From assembly GCF_009914755.1 (NCBI RefSeq), contig NC_060930.1: a DNA stretch of 64,000 bases; one strand, written 5' to 3'. The notes under the pieces are model-generated. The model saw nothing but the letters and a program-made list of their open reading frames with translations. It had not been told where the DNA came from and did not search any database. The DNA comes from the human T2T-CHM13v2.0 reference genome, Homo sapiens. Within the stretch, counting starts at the first letter, position 1. Each line of letters begins with the position of its first letter. Made by a program: the position numbers and the translations under genes. Positions 57,279-64,000 of the stretch are shown in pieces.

Positions 57279-57414
57279 GTAAGTTGCCCTCTTATTTGTA
57301 TTCAGCATGATGCACCTCACAGTCTGATGAAATCAGCTACTCCCCTGGAAAGTTAGAATACTGTTCTTTAACAGTAACAACATAATTACATGTTGTAATC
57401 CTTATCTCTTTCAG

Positions 57415-57476
57415 TTGGAGAGCAATTATGGACAATCTGATGACACATGATAAAACAACATTTAGAGATTTGATGA
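57415..57476 (+). CDS. DOP1A: DOP1A exon 31 (WRAIMDNLMTHDKTTFRDLM)
   Basis: ctttcag|, A|gtgagt, 62 nt, phase 2 to 1. Confidence 0.95.
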
Positions 57477-58414
57477 GTGAGTATTACGGGATGACAATCC
57501 AAGTTCTTTCCTGTACATGGTTCCTTCTTACTATTTACTTGTACTCTTTTCTGGAGACTAGGAGACTACTGAATTAGCTCTTTGTCAAGTGTCAGTGGGG
57601 ATATGTGCTCTAGGGAAAGCACACTACTTTCTGTACGCTATGGGAATATAATCTTAAAATTTACAGAGGACAACTTAAGTGATAAGTAATAAGTAAAACT
57701 ATTTGTCCTTTTGCAGCAACTAGTGGAGGGAAGGGTCCATGTCTAATTTGAATCTAAATTATTTCCTCAGTACACAGCATCATACCCAGCACATAATAAT
57801 AGCACTCAATAAATAATTATTCAGTGAATGAGAGACTGACAGATGGTGAAGTGCAAAAGGCAGGCAGTCGAATCCAGCCTATCAGACAAGTCACTTTAAA
57901 TCTCTGGGGCTCTGTTTATTTCATCTGAAGGAAGAAAGAGGGGTGCCAAGAAGGGCAGAATCACCCCCCACCCCCTCTTTCTACTCTTGATTGTTTTTAT
58001 AGTTTAGGATTCCATTTAGAATTTCATCTGAAAAAAAAGAGTTTTAAAAAACGTTTGAAAGTTATTAAATAGCAGTAACATTGTATGATTCTGTAATATT
58101 TTTTAACAAATTCTTTAGCTAAAGCTACAGTTTTCTCATTTGGAAAAAGGGCAGGATATCTGTTTTATCTTCATAAGGTTGTTTTAAGGTTCAGATTTAT
58201 CCATTCAACAAATTTTTATTAAAAGACAACAGTGGGCCACGCATTGCGCTAACCTTAATCAAATTTTAAAAGTTGTGAAGGAAATAGGGCAATGTGTGAT
58301 GGATTTTAAATAACAGCTAAATAGCTCATATACAAGGTGAAACTAAAGAAGCCAACCATGAGAAGGCCTAGGGTCAAAATATTCCAGGAATAGGGAACAA
58401 GAATTACAAAGGTT

Positions 58415-58710
58415 GGCTGGGTGCAGTGGCTCACGCCTGTAATCCTAGCACTTTGACAGGCCAAGGCACTAGGATTGTTTGAGGCCAGGAGTTTGAGACT
58501 AACCTGGACAAAATAGCGAGACCCCAGCTCTACAAAAAAAAAAAAAAAAATTAAACTGGCCAAATGTGGTATGTACCTGTAGTCTCAGCTACTCAGGAGG
58601 CAGGAGGATTGCTTGAGCCCAGGTGGTTGAGGCTGCAGTGAGCCATGATTGTGCCCACTGCACTTCAGACTGGGTGACAGAGGAAGATACCATCTCAAAG
58701 AAAAATACAA
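58415..58710 (+). mobile_element. AluJ
   Basis: ggaggattgcttgagcccagg, gaggctgcagtgagccatgat. Confidence 0.88.
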
Positions 58711-59185
58711 ATAAATTGCAAAGGTCTTGGGATGGGAGCACGCTTGGTGCACTGAGAGAATGACAAGCAAGACAGTGTGGCTACAGCAGAGTGAGTTGAG
58801 GGTGAGTAATGACTTGAGGAAGGAGAGGTAGGTAGGCAAGCTACACCAGAAGGTATTTTTAAAGTAACGAGAAGGATTTAAGCAGATGGCCTCAAATATT
58901 AAAGGGTTTCCTCAGGGTTTTATATAAATGGTATTAGTGGTTTTACCTTCTAAAACCTACAGTTCTAAATTTTCTTCTCCATCACAATTCCTACCATTTT
59001 GGTCCTCTGGCTTATATACGTTGGATCTGTTTGCCAGCCTGTCTGCCCCAGAGAGGGGCATCAAGTTTTGTACCCCAAGCTCCTCTCAGTTTTGGATGTC
59101 ATAGAGCATCTAGCTATTTTAAAAAACAACAGAATAATCTTTCTTCAGATGACAGTGTCACAGTCTCTTTCACTTGCTTTTTCAG

Positions 59186-59338
59186 CTCGTGTAGCAGTGG
59201 CTCAAAGCAGTTCACTTAATCTCTTTGCAAACCGTGATGTGGAGCTAGAACAGAGAGCTATGCTTCTTAAAAGATTAGCATTTGCTATTTTTAGCAGTGA
59301 AATTGACCAGTACCAGAAATATCTTCCAGATATACAAG
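59186..59338 (+). CDS. DOP1A: DOP1A exon 32 (TRVAVAQ...[10 protein letters not shown]...LPDIQE)
   Basis: ttttcag|, AAG|gtaaaa, 153 nt. Confidence 0.95.
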
Positions 59339-60091
59339 GTAAAAAATGAAAAACCCTTTATTTTTTCTCTAACTACAGGTTTTTGGTTCCTTAGAAAATA
59401 CTTCTCTAAATACTAAGTTGGGGTAAAATATATCAAGTGTAGATCAATCGGGAATTAGAAATTTTTCTACTGAAACAATGAAAATTATCAATGCTGGCAT
59501 CTAAAAGAAATCATCACTGAGTTGTAGGACTTGCCTAAATGTGGTCTCTATTTTATTGTTTAGTTCAAATTTCTTAGGAATTCATGTTTGAGGATGAGGT
59601 ATAAGATGATTTTGCTGCGGGCAGTCATGTTAGCATGTTCTCCTTGTGGACAAGAATTTGTGTACTCTGAGAAGACCAAAATATAAGGCAAAGCCAGGAA
59701 ATTGTGGCTAGAAGTAACACCTGGAGATCTGTAATTTGGGGACTGCATGGGGGATTATGTAACATTTTCGGTAACTTCATCAAGTGGGTTTGGTGACCTT
59801 CTGTATCCAGAAGGATATCAGTACACGTGTCATCACCCTGTACCACCAAATAGCTCCACAATGGGGATTTATCCAGAACAGAATTATTTGCTGCTCGAGT
59901 CAGCATACTCTAAAGCCTCCAGCCTCAGGAGCCAACATGGGAACATGATAGTTGTCATCTCTCTAGGGAGAATTTTCTTTTCTCCCAGAAGACAAATGAT
60001 TCCTTGTTTCCTAACCTTTTACGCCTAATTTCAGATATGCAAAATGTACACTATTTGTCCCTACAATTTTTTTTGTTTAAGTTGACTAGAT

Positions 60092-60345
60092 CAGTGCTAC
60101 TCAAAGTATGGTCCATGGACCAGTAACCAGTCTGTTATCCCATCCATAAGTACAAAACTTTAGAGTAAACATTTTAAACTTTTATTTGCTATTTGACAGA
60201 ATCTGCTTAATAAGAAAATGACATTTGTATTTTGTGTATCTTTGTTTAATTGGAGTTCTCTTATTCGTTGTTTTATGAAAATATCTACAACAGTTTTGAA
60301 TTTTTTTAAAGTTTATCCTTTACTACAGATAGTTTGAGAGTACTG
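60092..60345. mobile_element. MER5-group hAT-Charlie MITE
   Basis: Terminal inverted repeats cagtgctactcaaa / tttgagagtactg. Confidence 0.7.
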
Positions 60346-60416
60346 GACCGACAATATAGAAAGTTTTATGTGATAAAGATTATTTAGTTATTGAAAATGC
60401 TCTGCATTTCTTTCAG

Positions 60417-60553
60417 AGAGATTGGTTGAGAGTCTCCGTTTGCCACAGGTGCCAACTCTCCATTCTCAAGTGTTCCTGTTTTTCAGAGTGTTACTTTTAA
60501 GAATGTCTCCCCAACATCTTACCTCACTCTGGCCTACCATGATTACAGAACTT
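60417..60553 (+). CDS. DOP1A: DOP1A exon 33 (RLVESLR...LWPTMITEL)
   Basis: ctttcag|, CTT|gtgagt, 137 nt. Confidence 0.95.
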
Positions 60554-61182
60554 GTGAGTTAATTTTAATTCAGTCAGGTTATAAATCTAAATGATAAAAC
60601 AGTGATTAGTTTCCATGTGCTTACTAGATATTAACGAATATTGGGAGAGAACTGAGCTGTAGTTAAACCAGTTACTGATGCTTTTTACAGTTGAAAATAG
60701 TAAAACAAGTCAGATTCCATTTCCATACAGCTTAAATTTACAAACATGCAACATAGATGGATGGCCAGCTCCTTGTGAATGATTACTTTCTTGGATCTGG
60801 TTTAGTGTTTAGTCTGTACTACACTACATTTTTAACTCTGTCATGGCCTACAGTCCTGACAATAGCAGCTGGACCCATTTACAATAGCTGTAGCAATACC
60901 TCTAGTGATAGAGATGGCTGAGCTGGATTTAACTGCTCTGACATATTACATATACTCACTCTTGAAGTGCAGCACCTACCCCATTTAAACTTGCTTCAGA
61001 GAGACTTTCACAAAGATTTTGTAACCTACCAAACGGTAAAACCTTCCCAAGTCCCACCTACACCCTTCTGTTCCCCTCCTCAAACCGTACACAGTCATCC
61101 TTATCCTCCTCAGAATGATTTGGGGAGTTAGGAAAGAGGAATGAGTAAACAATGGAAAAGGAATCTCTCTCTGAAAATCTAG

Positions 61183-61535
<353 letters not shown>

Positions 61536-61801
61536 TATTTTTCCTTTTTTAATAACTAACTCTGTTCCATAATCACTAAAAACAAAAGCTCACCTTCATC
61601 TCACTGGATTTCACCAAATGATTAGCAAGGCTCTGTGTGGCTAAATTTGCAGTTTTACCTTCAGAAACTAAGTATAATTTAAAAGATTCTGAAAATGTAT
61701 TCTAAAATTTGTTTTTGCGTTAATGAAAATACAACTTAAAGATAACTTGAAAGGATTAAATATCCAGTTTAAATAAACATTTAACATTTCACCATTTTCA
61801 G

Positions 61802-61857
61802 GTACAAGTATTTTTACTGATGGAGCAGGAACTCACTGCTGATGAAGATATTTCACG
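61802..61857 (+). CDS. DOP1A: DOP1A exon 34 (VQVFLLMEQELTADEDISR)
   Basis: ttttcag|, CG|gtaata, 56 nt. Confidence 0.94.
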
Positions 61858-62449
61858 GTAATATGTAATTTAAATATATTGTTGTCCATTTTTTAATACC
61901 CTGAAATTATTCAGAATATTACTCAGCATCTAGGAGAATATAGTCTTTTTCTGAATACTTATTTATTATTATCTAATTGATTACGTTTGGATATAATGTA
62001 GTTTTACTTATTCCTTAAGCCCTTTAGATTGGATTAAGCCATCAGCATTCATTGCCCTGGGCCCCTAGACACAAATTTAATTTAAAGCAGTACAGTATTG
62101 TTTCAGCTACATGAGCTAGGCTGGTTTTGGTAAGTCACATCTGGTCTCTGAAACATTGCAACATATAGCCAACCCTGTTATGGTAGGTAACCTGGAACCA
62201 GGCTATTCGTATATGCAGATCTTCCAGATGGTCCCAATTTAATATACTTTTATTCTTTTTAATAGAGGCAGTTTATTAATGTATGACTAAATACAATTTT
62301 TTATTTACACAAATTTATAAATTGAAAAGTTCCTTTAAGACCAAGTTTCTTGAATATATTTTCTTCTTCAGTAGTAGATTTATAAAAAGGATCTCCTGTA
62401 CTAATAACTTTATTATTATAGAGAATTTTCTCATCCTTGCAGAAACTGA

Positions 62450-62825
<376 letters not shown>

Positions 62826-63030
62826 TATGTACTGTTTTTGCATTCTCAAAGAAGAAAAGTGAATTTTTGATTTGAAAACAGTGACATTTCATCATGACCT
62901 TGCTTAGCAATTACTGGCACATTTATCTCAGGATGATTATGAAAAATATTAGCTGGTACTTTTAGATCTTTCCAGGAATTCCTGTGAGTAAATGGGTCCA
63001 GCTGCTGACAGCACTGTCTCCTGCTTACAG

Positions 63031-63195
63031 GACTTCAGGGCCCTCTGTGGCTGGTCTGGAGACAACGTACACAGGAGGTAATGGCTTCTCTACTTCATAT
63101 AACAGCCAGCGGTGGTTAAACCTCTATCTCTCTGCTTGCAAATTTTTGGATTTGGCTCTCGCATTGCCCTCTGAAAACCTTCCTCAGTTTCAGAT
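63031..63195 (+). CDS. DOP1A: DOP1A exon 35 (TSGPSVAG...LYLSACKFLD...PQFQM); gene continues past the window
   Basis: cttacag|, AT|gtaagt, 165 nt. Confidence 0.95.
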
Positions 63196-63379
63196 GTAAG
63201 TAAAAGCAAGGATATTAAATGGTTATTTTTGAAAGTGCATTTGCTTTGGTCACTGACATCTATGACTAATTAAAAAGTTTTTTGTGTAAGTTGAAATATT
63301 CCTAATTTTTACTAAAATGTAATTCTTTTGGCACAGCAGAGTTATCGGAAGTAAATGGTCAATGTGGATATATTAACAG

Positions 63380-63900
63380 ACTATTCAGTCAACAGATTGA
63401 GTACCTCCAGATGTGAGACAATGGGGTACATAACTCACATGCTTCAAGTCCAGGGAAGGAGACATACTCATACTATGGTGGCTCATGCACAAGACACACT
63501 GAGGCCACATAGCAGAGATCCCTACTAGCTCTGAAGGTCAGAGCAGGCCCTGAGGGCAGTCTTAACCTGAGGTGGTGAAGAATGACAGCTGGGAGAGTGA
63601 AGATAGAGGCAGCTGCAGACATGATACGTCTGAAGTGTGGAGAGATTGGTATTGCTGGAGCAGAATGTTAAGAAGAAGCTGGAAAGGGATTAAACCATGT
63701 AAGACCTTGTAAGCTGTGTTAGAGAACTTGGACAGCTAAGGAAAGAAGTGATATTATTAGGCTTGAATTTTAGAATGCTTATTTTGGCTATGTAGTGTGG
63801 AGAATGGACTGGAGCTGGGCAAGCCTAGAATGAAGGAGGCAGTTTTATCTTAGATGATAATGAATTGAACTGAAAAGAATAGGGGAAAAGTTGATAAAAG
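63380..63900. mobile_element. Degraded L2 LINE fragment
   Basis: attcagtcaacagattgagtacc tail motif followed by purine-rich L2-like body; boundaries approximate. Confidence 0.5.
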
Positions 63901-64000
63901 CATATATAAATTTTAAAAATAATGGGCAAGCTATGTAAGATTGTTTTATCAAAATGTAGTTAAGGTAATATGAGAATTTATCCACAAGATCAAATATGTA

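Noticed and set aside
57300-57340. C/D-box-like words (ATGATG...CTGA) in the 136-nt intron
   Set aside because: Boxes only ~12 nt apart, with no second D box or terminal stem; too short for a snoRNA
59038-59097. Possible 60-nt in-frame cassette ([20 protein letters not shown]) after acceptor ttgccag
   Set aside because: The only frame-preserving donor is AT|GTCATA, which is very poor
62960-62990. Tiny exon ending at CCT|GTGAGT upstream of exon 35
   Set aside because: The remaining intron would be ~47 nt, too short for human splicing

Overview
Primate (human-like) genomic DNA lying entirely inside DOP1A (DOPEY1, DOP1 leucine zipper-like protein A, Dopey family, Golgi/endosome traffic) on the + strand. 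I reconstructed 35 GT-AG coding exons by hand. Splice phases are consistent across every junction, giving one ORF from [12 protein letters not shown]... (the start codon lies just upstream of base 1) to ...NLPQFQM (the last exons lie downstream). Introns are filled with Alu, L1, L2/MIR, ERV LTRs (MER21, LTR8, MER52-group) and hAT DNA transposon fossils; nearly all non-exonic ORFs in the ORF track are repeat or chance artefacts. I found no new multi-gene system. The interesting signals concern splicing and local DNA structure: a 30-nt microexon with an SRRM4-type enhancer; a candidate 18-nt in-frame microexon; a candidate poison exon next to a rare GAG acceptor; a degraded copy of giant-exon coding sequence in the next intron; a strong cryptic donor inside a 1990-nt exon; and a TA tract capped by a perfect inverted repeat. 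Gene identity and repeat subfamily names come from recognition, not database search. Exon numbers are window-local.
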